Shown here: piece after piece, positions 27,840-36,145 of the stretch
Layout: every line of letters begins with the position of its first letter
Position numbering within the stretch: the stretch's first letter is position 1
Assembly: GCA_964385055.1 (NCBI GenBank)
Contig: CAYLMH010000006.1
Location: 1-61,059 of the forward strand
Direction of reading: 5' to 3'
Source: an uncultured Methanosarcinales archaeon
Lineage (GTDB): Archaea; Nanobdellota; Nanobdellia; Woesearchaeales; DSVV01
Length of the DNA: 61,059 nucleotides
Position numbers and translations under genes: made by a program
Notes under the pieces: model-generated
The model's database searches: none
What the model saw: the letters and a program-made list of their open reading frames with translations, nothing else
Told to the model about the DNA's origin: nothing

Positions 27840-28772
27840 ATGAACAAACTCAAGGAAATGCATTTTTCATTACTTTTAACAGGAATAACTTCCCTCTGTT
27901 TTGCGTTTCCAGCGATATTTGTCAAACTGCTGATGGGCGAACTCTCTCCTATTGGTACATTGACCATTCGTTTCTTGATCGCGGCAGCGTTGTTTCCAGT
28001 TGTGGTGATGATGGTCAAGAAGAATAAGCTCAAAGCAATAGCACATGCAAAAGGAGACGAGCTCAAAGAGTTTTGTATTTTAGGATTTTTATTGTTTGCG
28101 AGCATTGCATCATTATTCAGTTCATTTCTCTATATTCATGCAAACAAAGCAATGTTGATCTATATGATGTATCCCTTGTTTGATGGCATTCTCGCGTGGA
28201 TTGTTCTAAAAGAAAAGATAACAAAAGCAGATACTGCCGCGATGGTCTGCACAATCATTGGCGCATATTTTATTTTTGGTATGAACAGTACAGAAGAAGG
28301 AAGCATGCTGGGGTATGCGCTTGCAACAACAGGAACGCTGCTTTTTGCAGTGTACTCAATTTTCAGCAGAGAAGTAGGGCGCTGTTATGAATATTATAAG
28401 AGAACTGCATGGCTGTTTATTTTCTGTTTTTTTTTCTTTATGATAGCGTTTTTTATAACAGGAAATCCAAAGACAATTTTGCTGCTCACACCAATAAGCT
28501 GGCTATGGCTCCTCTTATTTGGAGTAATTAGTACGCTTATTCCTTATATGTGTTTGAGTTACGCAACTGTCTACTTGAAGTCATCAGTCATAAGCGTCAT
28601 GTTGATTTTAGGAAATGTTATAGGGATTGGATTAATTTCATGGATATTCAATGAGCCAATGACTATTCCCATGTATGTTGGCGCAGGGTTCATCATCTTT
28701 GGTTTTGTGATTACGACAGTTGCAGAGTGGGAAGAAGAAGAGAGAAAGTACCATCATGTTTGTCATCATTAG
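27840..28772 (+). CDS. EamA/DMT family transporter
   Basis: About 10 TMs in two repeats; LTIRFLIAA; AWIVLKEKIT; WIFNEP. Confidence 0.9.
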   Translation: MNKLKEMHFSLLLTGITSLCFAFPAIFVKLLMGELSPIGTLTIRFLIAAALFPVVVMMVKKNKLKAIAHAKGDELKEFCILGFLLFASIASLFSSFLYIHANKAMLIYMMYPLFDGILAWIVLKEKITKADTAAMVCTIIGAYFIFGMNSTEEGSMLGYALATTGTLLFAVYSIFSREVGRCYEYYKRTAWLFIFCFFFFMIAFFITGNPKTILLLTPISWLWLLLFGVISTLIPYMCLSYATVYLKSSVISVMLILGNVIGIGLISWIFNEPMTIPMYVGAGFIIFGFVITTVAEWEEEERKYHHVCHH

Positions 28773-28872
28773 CAATATCTAAGTGTATGGTCGAACAAAG
28801 TGAGTACCATACACGATCTCGCTTCCAATTGGCGAAAGAATTGGAAAATATCATCATGTTTGTCATCACTAA
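28744..28872. repeat. 29-bp imperfect direct repeat of the EamA 3' end
   Basis: GAAAGTACCATCATGTTTGTCATCATTAG (28744) vs GAAAATATCATCATGTTTGTCATCACTAA (28844). Confidence 0.75.
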
Positions 28873-28890
28873 AGAAACAGCGTAATTAGC

Positions 28891-29169
28891 ATGCTCGAAT
28901 ACAGGCAATATAAAATAAAAGAACTACTTGAATTAGAGCCGTGGTCAGCCTATAAACTCGCCAACTATTTCAAAGTAGAAGCAGCAGATATAATGAAAGA
29001 TTTAGAACTGATCAAGCGAGCAATTCGACCAAAGAAAATAGAGATGATTCCTGCAACTTGTGATGGTTGTGGATTTCAGTTGAAAGATCGAACAAAGCTC
29101 AAAGCGCCGACAAAGTGTCCGAAGTGTAAAATCGAGGCAGTGCAGGATCCATTACTCTTCATTAAATAA
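28891..29169 (+). CDS. HTH + Zn-ribbon putative transcriptional regulator
   Basis: IKELLE...SAYKLA...DLELIKR; PATCDGCGF...PTKCPKCK. Confidence 0.88.
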   Translation: MLEYRQYKIKELLELEPWSAYKLANYFKVEAADIMKDLELIKRAIRPKKIEMIPATCDGCGFQLKDRTKLKAPTKCPKCKIEAVQDPLLFIK

Positions 29170-29176
29170 AACAAAA

Positions 29177-29335
29177 CTAATTCTTCGCAAAGAGCAAGCG
29201 CCATGCTAAGACAAGCAACGCAGCGCAGAGAAAGAAGATTGCAATTTTGATGATCACCACATAACGAATAAATTTCTGCTGCACTGTCGTCATTTCAGAA
29301 TATTTTTTCTGTAATGCGCTCAGTTTTTTCTTCAT
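29177..29335 (-). CDS. Small membrane protein (52 aa from MKKKLS)
   Basis: Basic N-terminus + single TM; the longer track ORF runs through element A2. Confidence 0.5.
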   Translation of the reverse strand: MKKKLSALQKKYSEMTTVQQKFIRYVVIIKIAIFFLCAALLVLAWRLLFAKN

Positions 29336-29391
29336 GAAGGAAGATAGAACGAGACTGAATATAAAGATTATCTTATGAAATAATAAGAAGA

Positions 29392-29507
29392 AGCAAAAAC
29401 AACAACATGGCGCCGACGCGACGGGGGTTGGCCCCTTCGGGGTGTCGCGTAGGGCAAAATTCGCAGAATTTTGTCCGTAGGCCGCCATCGTTGTTGTTGT
29501 TTTTGCT
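29392..29507. repeat. Structured intergenic element, family A copy 2
   Basis: AGCAAAAACAACAACATGGCG / CGCCATCGTTGTTGTTGTTTTTGCT ends; internal ACGCGAC/GTCGCGT, GCCCC-TTCG-GGGT and GGGCAAAATT/AATTTTGTCC stems. Confidence 0.8.
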
Positions 29508-29568
29508 GTTCAATAAGTCCCCAATAAAATCATTCTTCGAAAACATTATATACAACAAAGAGAGGAAC

Positions 29569-30864
29569 ATGAGCATGGCAGACACCTTCACCAAAGTCAC
29601 GCAAGAAATTCTGAAGAAATATAAAACATCAAGGAAAGAACACGATATAATCTTAAAGAAAATAGACGGATTTCTCCATGAAATCAGAATTGCGTTAGAT
29701 CACACAGGAGTTGAAGCGTATGTCATGCTTGGAGGCAGCGCAGCAAAAGGAACATTCCTCAAACACGATTTTGACTGTGACATTTTCGTGCGATTTCAAT
29801 ACGATAAATACAAAGAAAAAGACCTTTCAAGTATGTTAGAAAATGCGCTAAAGAAAATAAAGAATCTAAAATACGAAAAAGTCCATGGCTCAAGAGATTA
29901 TTTCACAGGCAAATGGAAAGATCTGCACTACGAAGTAATTCCTGTTCTTTATATCACCAACAAAAATATGGCAAAGAATATTACAGACATGAGCCCGCTC
30001 CATGTCGAATGGTTAAATCAACATATTAATGAAGAAATCAGAGACCAAATCCTGCTCACAAAATTATTCTTCAAAGCGCAAAAAGTCTATGGCGCAGAAA
30101 GTTACATGAACGGTTTTTCTGGTCATGTGGTGGATCTTTTAACAGTGTACTATGGGTCGTTCAAAGCATTGCTCGAAAATATCGAAAAGTGGCAGGAGAA
30201 AGAACTTATCAACATGACGCCGCATCCAGTAAATATGAACGCATTGAATCCTGACAAACTCCAATCTGCAATTATTATCATTGATCCCGTACAGCCAGAA
30301 AGAAACGCCGCAGCCGCAGTGAGTTTTGAACAATTCTACACCATCAAAAATCAAGCGACAGCGTTGCTCGCAAAACCGAGCATAGATTTTTTCAAAAGAA
30401 AGAGTATCACAAAAACAGACATTGCGAAAATAAAGAAGGACGCAACAAAAAAAGACGCAGCATGTATCATCATGAAAGCATTGCCAACACACGGAAAACT
30501 CGACACCATCGGTACAAAGATTTTCAAAAGTTTTGAGTTTATGAAAGAAGAACTAGAAAGAAATGAGTTTCATACAGAAGAATCGGGCTGGGATTGGGAA
30601 GAAGAGCAGGAAAAGCCTGCACTTCTGTGGTTAGTGATAAAAGAAAAGAAACTCTCTGCGATAACAGAGCAGCAGGGACCGCCATTAAAGTTGCAGCAAG
30701 ATGTCAAGGCGTTCCGCGCAAAGCATAAGGACACGTTCTTCAAAGGAGAACGACTGTACGCAAAAATAAAACGAAAATACCAAAAACCTGAAGAACTGAT
30801 CAAAGCAATTCTGAAAGATAAAAGAATTAAAGAAAAAGCAAGAAAGTGGACAATCATAAAGTAA
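29569..30864 (+). CDS. cca: CCA-adding enzyme (archaeal class I)
   Basis: GGSAAKGTFLKHDFDCDIF, DMSPLH, YGAESYMNGFSGH, IIDPVQPERNAAAA; start moved to MSMADT. Confidence 0.96.
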   Translation: MSMADTFTKVTQEILKKYKTSRKEHDIILKKIDGFLHEIRIALDHTGVEAYVMLGGSAAKGTFLKHDFDCDIFVRFQYDKYKEKDLSSMLENALKKIKNLKYEKVHGSRDYFTGKWKDLHYEVIPVLYITNKNMAKNITDMSPLHVEWLNQHINEEIRDQILLTKLFFKAQKVYGAESYMNGFSGHVVDLLTVYYGSFKALLENIEKWQEKELINMTPHPVNMNALNPDKLQSAIIIIDPVQPERNAAAAVSFEQFYTIKNQATALLAKPSIDFFKRKSITKTDIAKIKKDATKKDAACIIMKALPTHGKLDTIGTKIFKSFEFMKEELERNEFHTEESGWDWEEEQEKPALLWLVIKEKKLSAITEQQGPPLKLQQDVKAFRAKHKDTFFKGERLYAKIKRKYQKPEELIKAILKDKRIKEKARKWTIIK

Positions 30865-30931
30865 AAAGAATAGGATAACAAGAGAGAATAGAATAATAAA
30901 AGAGAAAAAATAAAGGAAGCAAAGAAAGAGA

Positions 30932-31528
30932 ATGAAAGAAATAAACCCACAGAAAATTCTGGAACTCAAGCGACAAGCATTTCATGCAGGAATTGGAATC
31001 TTGCTAGTCCTCCTCCTGTACTTTGAAATACTTCCATTGTGGCTTTTCTTCATCATCAATATTACAGGCACAGTAATTTACTTCACTTGGGAAAAAGGAG
31101 CGAGCAAAATATTCACGTGGTTTTTTCATCATTTTGAACGAGAGCATGCGAAAGAAGGTCATGGCGCATTATCGTATGCGTGGGGATGTTTTTTTACCGT
31201 TTTATTTTTCAACACAGAAACAGCATATGCAGCTATCCTCATGCTCGCGTTAGGAGACAGTGTTTCGCATTGGGTAGGACGATTTTATGGGAAAATAAAA
31301 CATCCGTTAAACAAGAAAAAGAAAGCAGAAGGAATAATCGCAGGAATTATGGCAGCGTTTGCAGGCGCAGTGATTTTCATCCCAGCAGCAACAGCGTTTG
31401 GCGCAGCGTTAGTCATAATGAACGCGGAAGCAATCGAATGGAAGCTGGGGAAATACAAGATAGACGATAATTTGTGGATCCCGCTTGCAGGCGCAGTGGT
31501 TATAACGATAATTTCATACATTTTCTAG
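30932..31528 (+). CDS. Dolichol/phytol kinase-like membrane protein (CTP-dependent kinase family)
   Basis: RQAFH, FERE...G, LALGDSVSHWVG, KKAEG..AG, IDDNLWIP. Confidence 0.88.
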   Translation: MKEINPQKILELKRQAFHAGIGILLVLLLYFEILPLWLFFIINITGTVIYFTWEKGASKIFTWFFHHFEREHAKEGHGALSYAWGCFFTVLFFNTETAYAAILMLALGDSVSHWVGRFYGKIKHPLNKKKKAEGIIAGIMAAFAGAVIFIPAATAFGAALVIMNAEAIEWKLGKYKIDDNLWIPLAGAVVITIISYIF

Positions 31529-31724
31529 AAAAGTAATCCTTTAGTATCGTAACAGAACAATATTTCTGTTAACTCCTTAAGAATATTCTTTTTGATTCTC
31601 ATAAAAATAGATTAGGGATTCAAAAGCAATAGGGCGATTCTAAACAAGCACTTCATAATCTTTTTCGTACAAACATTTCGGAGCAAGCTCCGTAATGCAT
31701 TATAAACGCTTTGCGTTTAAAATG

Positions 31725-31880
31725 AACAACAACATGGCCAGACGAAGCAAACGAGGTTCCTATGCCTGAACGAAGTGAGGGCTAGGGTTCTCGTTTGCGA
31801 AGTAGGACAAGCTTTTTGGCTTGTGATATGGAGAAGAGCCAAAAAGTTGGCCGTCTGTGCCATTGTTGTTGTTGTTTTTG
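31725..31880. repeat. Structured intergenic element, family A copy 3
   Basis: AACAACAACATGGCCAGACG ... CCGTCTGTGCCATTGTTGTTGTTG; GCAAACGAG/CTCGTTTGC-GAAGTAGG junction as in copy 1. Confidence 0.8.
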
Positions 31881-31939
31881 CGCAAATAAATAATTAAAAA
31901 AAGCAAAGCAATTTATACCACAAAAAGAACAAGAAATTC

Positions 31940-32866
31940 ATGAACGCACTCCACATAGAAAATGTCAGCAAAATATTTCCAGGAGCAAAGAAGCAAACAC
32001 TAAACAATGTTTCATTCAGCATAAAAGAAGGAGAGATTTACGGGCTTCTTGGACCAAATGGCGCAGGAAAAACAACATTAATCAGCCTTATCGCGGGATT
32101 GCTCGCAAAAGATACAGGAACAATTACCGTCTTCGATTACAGCATTGACAAAGAGTCACAAAAGATAAAACAAATACTCAATGTTGTTCCTGGGTTTAGT
32201 CACGTGAATAGTTCTTTATCTGTTGATGAATTTCTCCAAGTATATGCGCATCTTTACAATGTCAAAGACTGGCAAAAAGAAAGAGAAAGTGTGCTCAAGC
32301 GAGTAGAGCTCAAAGACAAAAGAAGCACACAACTCAACGAACTTTCTTCTGGCTATAAGCAGCGGGCATTACTCGCGAAAGCACTGCTCTCAAAACCAAA
32401 GTTACTCTTAATGGACGAACCAACAGTAGGGCTTGACATTGAAATAGCAATTAAAATCAGAGCACTCATCAAAGAATTACGAACACAAGGATATACCATT
32501 CTTTTGACGACCCACAATATGATGGAAGTAGAAGAACTTTGTGATAGAATTGGGCTTATCAATAACGGAAAACTCGTTGCAGAAGGAACAATCAAAGAGA
32601 TTAAGAAATTAGTGATCGAAAGAAATGGAATTGAAATAGAATGTGAAGATCCAAAGACAATAAAAAATGTCTTCGAAAAAGAGCAGTACACCCTTGAAGT
32701 AAAAATCATGAGTAATAGTTGCATTATTTATGTCAAGGAGTACAAACACATAAAGCATATAATGAACAAACTTGCAGAAAGAAAAGAGAAAGTATACAGT
32801 ATTTCCATTATGGAACCAACATTAGAAGAAACATTTATCAAATTAACAGAGAGAAAGAGAAAATGA
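31940..32866 (+). CDS. ABC transporter ATP-binding protein (DrrA-like)
   Basis: GPNGAGKTT, LSSGYKQR, LLMDEPT, TTH. Confidence 0.95.
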   Translation: MNALHIENVSKIFPGAKKQTLNNVSFSIKEGEIYGLLGPNGAGKTTLISLIAGLLAKDTGTITVFDYSIDKESQKIKQILNVVPGFSHVNSSLSVDEFLQVYAHLYNVKDWQKERESVLKRVELKDKRSTQLNELSSGYKQRALLAKALLSKPKLLLMDEPTVGLDIEIAIKIRALIKELRTQGYTILLTTHNMMEVEELCDRIGLINNGKLVAEGTIKEIKKLVIERNGIEIECEDPKTIKNVFEKEQYTLEVKIMSNSCIIYVKEYKHIKHIMNKLAERKEKVYSISIMEPTLEETFIKLTERKRK

Positions 32867-33627
32867 ACGCACGACGAATCTGGGGAATGATGTATCAGAG
32901 CACCATCATCATGAAAAGAAATCTCTTTCGCTTCTTTGATATTACATTGTGGCCGCTTATTTTATTCCTTTCACTCACGCTGTTTGTCAAATATCTAGAT
33001 CAAGGAGAAGTCATTTTAGGGACAGTCATTCTTGGCGTCACCGGCTGGAGAGCAGTGTATCATGCGCAGATAGAATTTTCACAAAATTACATGGACCAAT
33101 ATTGGTCTGGAATGAGTGGGCATTACCTTATTTCCCCAATAACGTTAGGAGAATCCATTGTCGCAAATATCATCGTCAGCACGCTGAAGTTTACGTTTGT
33201 CGCTGGACTGTATTTTCTGCTTGCAAAATTTTTGTTCCATCACACATTTGTGAATTGGCCGTTAATTTTTGTTGGATTATTGGTGCTTGGCATATTTGGA
33301 GTCATTCTTGGATTAATCACATTGGGAATCTGTTTTATGTATCATGAAAATGCGTTTGCAGTGTCGTTTATTCTTCCAGATCTCATTGTCCTGTGGTCAG
33401 GAGTGTATTATCCTATTGATGTGTTTCCTGAAGTAATGCAAGCGATTGCGCATTTCTTTCCAACATATTATGGCTTTGAAATTTTGAAAGCATCAGTCGG
33501 CGCAGGAACAATAAATATTCCCTGGCTAATTGGCACAATGCTCTTTTGGTTAGTGGGCGCAGTATTGTTTTTAGCATGGGCAAAGAAGTATACCATGAAG
33601 AAAGGATTGTTTGCGAAACTAAACTAA
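32863..33627 (+). CDS. ABC-2 type permease
   Basis: Six TMs, WSGVYYPI, PTYY; ATGA overlap with the ATPase stop. Confidence 0.9.
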   Translation: MNARRIWGMMYQSTIIMKRNLFRFFDITLWPLILFLSLTLFVKYLDQGEVILGTVILGVTGWRAVYHAQIEFSQNYMDQYWSGMSGHYLISPITLGESIVANIIVSTLKFTFVAGLYFLLAKFLFHHTFVNWPLIFVGLLVLGIFGVILGLITLGICFMYHENAFAVSFILPDLIVLWSGVYYPIDVFPEVMQAIAHFFPTYYGFEILKASVGAGTINIPWLIGTMLFWLVGAVLFLAWAKKYTMKKGLFAKLN

Positions 33628-34586
33628 ATTTTCGGGAGATATTCATATTTGTAAATTCTTTGTGCGCGATAATAGTGATATGTTCTAATCATATGGGGAA
33701 ATTTTTCTTTAAGCTGATTAAGAAAGGTATAAAATGCTTCTTGATTTTGTAACTCCACATCAAACTCAACATCAGAACCGCCAAATGTTTTATCCACATA
33801 GACGACATTCGGATGCGCTGCAAGGAATTCAAGAATTTTAGAGCATGATTTTAAATCATTAATGTCCAAATCAATTTTATAATAATTATAGCCAAGCTTT
33901 GAAATATCAATAAAAGCACTATAACCTAAAATAATTTTTCTTTTTTCTAACATTTTGAGACGATAATGGACTGCCATAGGAGTCAGTTTCAATTCCTTTG
34001 CAAGCGAAAGGAGCGAGAAATGGGCGTCTTTTGCAATAAGGCGGAGGAGAGAAGCATCAATTTTGTTTAGAGAAAGAGCAGTTGCTTTTCCAATAGAAAG
34101 AGAGTGATGCGCATAGAGTTCCTTTTTGACCAGATAATTTTTTGGATAATGAATATATTCAAGAAAAAGAGCTTTATTATCTCTAAATATGTACGGTTTA
34201 TATTTGAGAAGAAACGTCGTATACCATGAAGTAAAGGACTCCAAGTCAGAAGCAAGAAAACCAATAACAATGTCCCAATCACCTTCTGTTTTATAGACAG
34301 TGAGCATAGAATGTTCAGAAACAAGAGCGTTTATTATTTCAGTTTCCAAAGCAGGAGTAGTGCTTTGCAGTTTGAGATAAAGGCGAACAAGAGAATACCC
34401 TAGTTGAGCATAATCAATAACAGTAAAATACCCCGAAATAACTCCTGCTTTTTCAAGCTGTTTTATCCTATATGCAACAGTATCCTGTTTCATTTTAAGA
34501 CGACGTGCTATCTGTTTTACGCTTTGTCTAGAATTAAGACTCAACATAAAGAGGATATTCTTATCCAATTGATCTATTTGCTGCAT
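33624..34586 (-). CDS. Tandem Lrp/AsnC-family regulator (two HTH+RAM units)
   Basis: DQLDKNIL...NSRQSVKQIA...RIKQLEKAGVI and NKIDASLL...DAHFSLLSLA...RLKMLEKRKII. Confidence 0.9.
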   Translation of the reverse strand: MQQIDQLDKNILFMLSLNSRQSVKQIARRLKMKQDTVAYRIKQLEKAGVISGYFTVIDYAQLGYSLVRLYLKLQSTTPALETEIINALVSEHSMLTVYKTEGDWDIVIGFLASDLESFTSWYTTFLLKYKPYIFRDNKALFLEYIHYPKNYLVKKELYAHHSLSIGKATALSLNKIDASLLRLIAKDAHFSLLSLAKELKLTPMAVHYRLKMLEKRKIILGYSAFIDISKLGYNYYKIDLDINDLKSCSKILEFLAAHPNVVYVDKTFGGSDVEFDVELQNQEAFYTFLNQLKEKFPHMIRTYHYYRAQRIYKYEYLPKI

Positions 34587-34720
34587 ATTTTCAATAAAAG
34601 TATAACAAATTTATATATTTTTCTTATTTTTTTTAATAATGAGCTAAAAAAGATAATAAAGGAAAGAATATGACGTGTTCACAATGGGATAAGAGAATTG
34701 GAGAAGAAAAGTAATGACAG

Positions 34721-35074
34721 GTGAGAAGCGTGAAAGAAAATCAAAGATATTGGTACGAGAGAAATATTTTTTATGGGGGATTTGAAAGGTATCCATATAG
34801 TGAAGGAAGAACGTTTTTAGAAACAATAGAAGAGATAAATGGAGATTTACGAGAAAGGGGAATCCCCATTCGATATGGGCCATGTTTGGAAACAGAAGCC
34901 CCAACATCGTGGGCATTTACTAACGCAGGCATCCACTTCGATCCTATAACACGAACAAGAAGGGGCGTTGGATTATACACGGCAGGAGAGAAAACAACAC
35001 AAGATGGAACACATATGACGCTTGATGATGCGCTAAGTGAATTTGAAGTCAGACAGATGGAGCGAGAAGAATGA
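34721..35074 (+). CDS. Hypothetical protein
   Basis: ORF overlapping (ATGA) the AlaE-like gene. Confidence 0.55.
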   Translation: MRSVKENQRYWYERNIFYGGFERYPYSEGRTFLETIEEINGDLRERGIPIRYGPCLETEAPTSWAFTNAGIHFDPITRTRRGVGLYTAGEKTTQDGTHMTLDDALSEFEVRQMEREE

Positions 35075-35565
35075 CAGAGTCACTTGAAACAATTGCAGAA
35101 AAAAATGCAGCGAGAAAAGAGACAATAGTCGATACCATTGGAAATGTAAGTTACTCAGTAGTAATTGGCACTGCACTCGATTGGTCTGCAGGTTTAGATT
35201 TTGCAGGAATTATTGCATCACGAACATCTGCAACAGTAATGAATAGTGTAACTGGAGGACCATATGGAAAATGGAGAAATGCAGTGTATAGGTTTACAGG
35301 AACAAATAATGAAAGCACAGAGGGAAGAAAATACTTGACAGAACTTTTAGCGTTTAACACGTTCCAACCCTATTTCTATGCCATAGGAGTTGCCATAGGA
35401 AGTGTAATAGACAATGGAAGTATAGACGGTTTGGAAGTGCATCAAGGAATAGAGAATATTGTTATGATGAGTCCTCTTGTTGCACCAACATTAGGAGCAT
35501 ATATGAATTGGTTAAGAAAAAGAACAGGATTATATAGTGCAGCAGAAAGAGCAGCAAAGTACTAA
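35071..35565 (+). CDS. alaE: L-alanine exporter AlaE-like membrane protein
   Basis: VDT...S..IG..AGL...SR...N..TGGPYGKWR...ELLAFNTFQPYFY matches the AlaE/YgaW pattern. Confidence 0.7.
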   Translation: MTESLETIAEKNAARKETIVDTIGNVSYSVVIGTALDWSAGLDFAGIIASRTSATVMNSVTGGPYGKWRNAVYRFTGTNNESTEGRKYLTELLAFNTFQPYFYAIGVAIGSVIDNGSIDGLEVHQGIENIVMMSPLVAPTLGAYMNWLRKRTGLYSAAERAAKY

Positions 35566-35569
35566 AGAG

Positions 35570-36145
35570 CTATGGTATCCTATACAAATGTTTAACCATG
35601 TAATTCTCTTCTCCTTTATCAATAATTTCTTTAGGAGCATCTTTTGCAACAGGAGCTTCTTGAGGAACAGCAACAGGCTGCTGTTGTGGCGCTTGCTGAG
35701 GAGCAGGAGCTTCTTTCTTTGCGCCTTTGTAATTGATAAAATCCGCTTTATCTTTTATTTTCTTCAATGAATCTTCAAAATCAGGAGGAGGAAGTTGTTT
35801 GGGCTGCCACGTCAAAGAAATACCATCGTTTTCAAAGCGAGGAATAATATGAAGAGAAAGATGTCCTTTTGCGCCAGCGCCTGCGCCATTGTTACAAATA
35901 ATATTTGTCCCGTGTGATGCGAGTCCTTCATAGATCGCGCTTGCTGCGTAGCTTGCGACATAAAAGAGTTGGCTCGCGAGAGGATCAGGAAGTTGTTCCA
36001 GAGTCTCAACGTGATCTTTAGGAATAACATGAATATGCCCTACTGCAGCAGCGTCACTAGGAAGATACGCAAGACAAACTGCGTCTTCATAAACTATTTG
36101 TGCAGCAACATGTTTCTGGCTAATGGAGCAAAGAGGGCAGGTCAT
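35570..36145 (-). CDS. HIT-family protein (degenerate triad)
   Basis: CPLC, IVYED, GHIHVIPKDH, NNG..AG..HLSLHIIPR. Confidence 0.88.
   Translation of the reverse strand: MTCPLCSISQKHVAAQIVYEDAVCLAYLPSDAAAVGHIHVIPKDHVETLEQLPDPLASQLFYVASYAASAIYEGLASHGTNIICNNGAGAGAKGHLSLHIIPRFENDGISLTWQPKQLPPPDFEDSLKKIKDKADFINYKGAKKEAPAPQQAPQQQPVAVPQEAPVAKDAPKEIIDKGEENYMVKHLYRIP

Noticed and set aside
29407-29568. N-terminal extension of cca and of ORF 29177-29488
   Set aside because: Read-through of GC-rich element A2; better starts exist at 29569 and 29335.
4286-31880. Family A/B elements as CRISPR repeats, tRNAs or terminators
   Set aside because: They are dispersed rather than arrayed, have no spacers or cas genes, no cloverleaf or T-loop, and sit upstream of genes.
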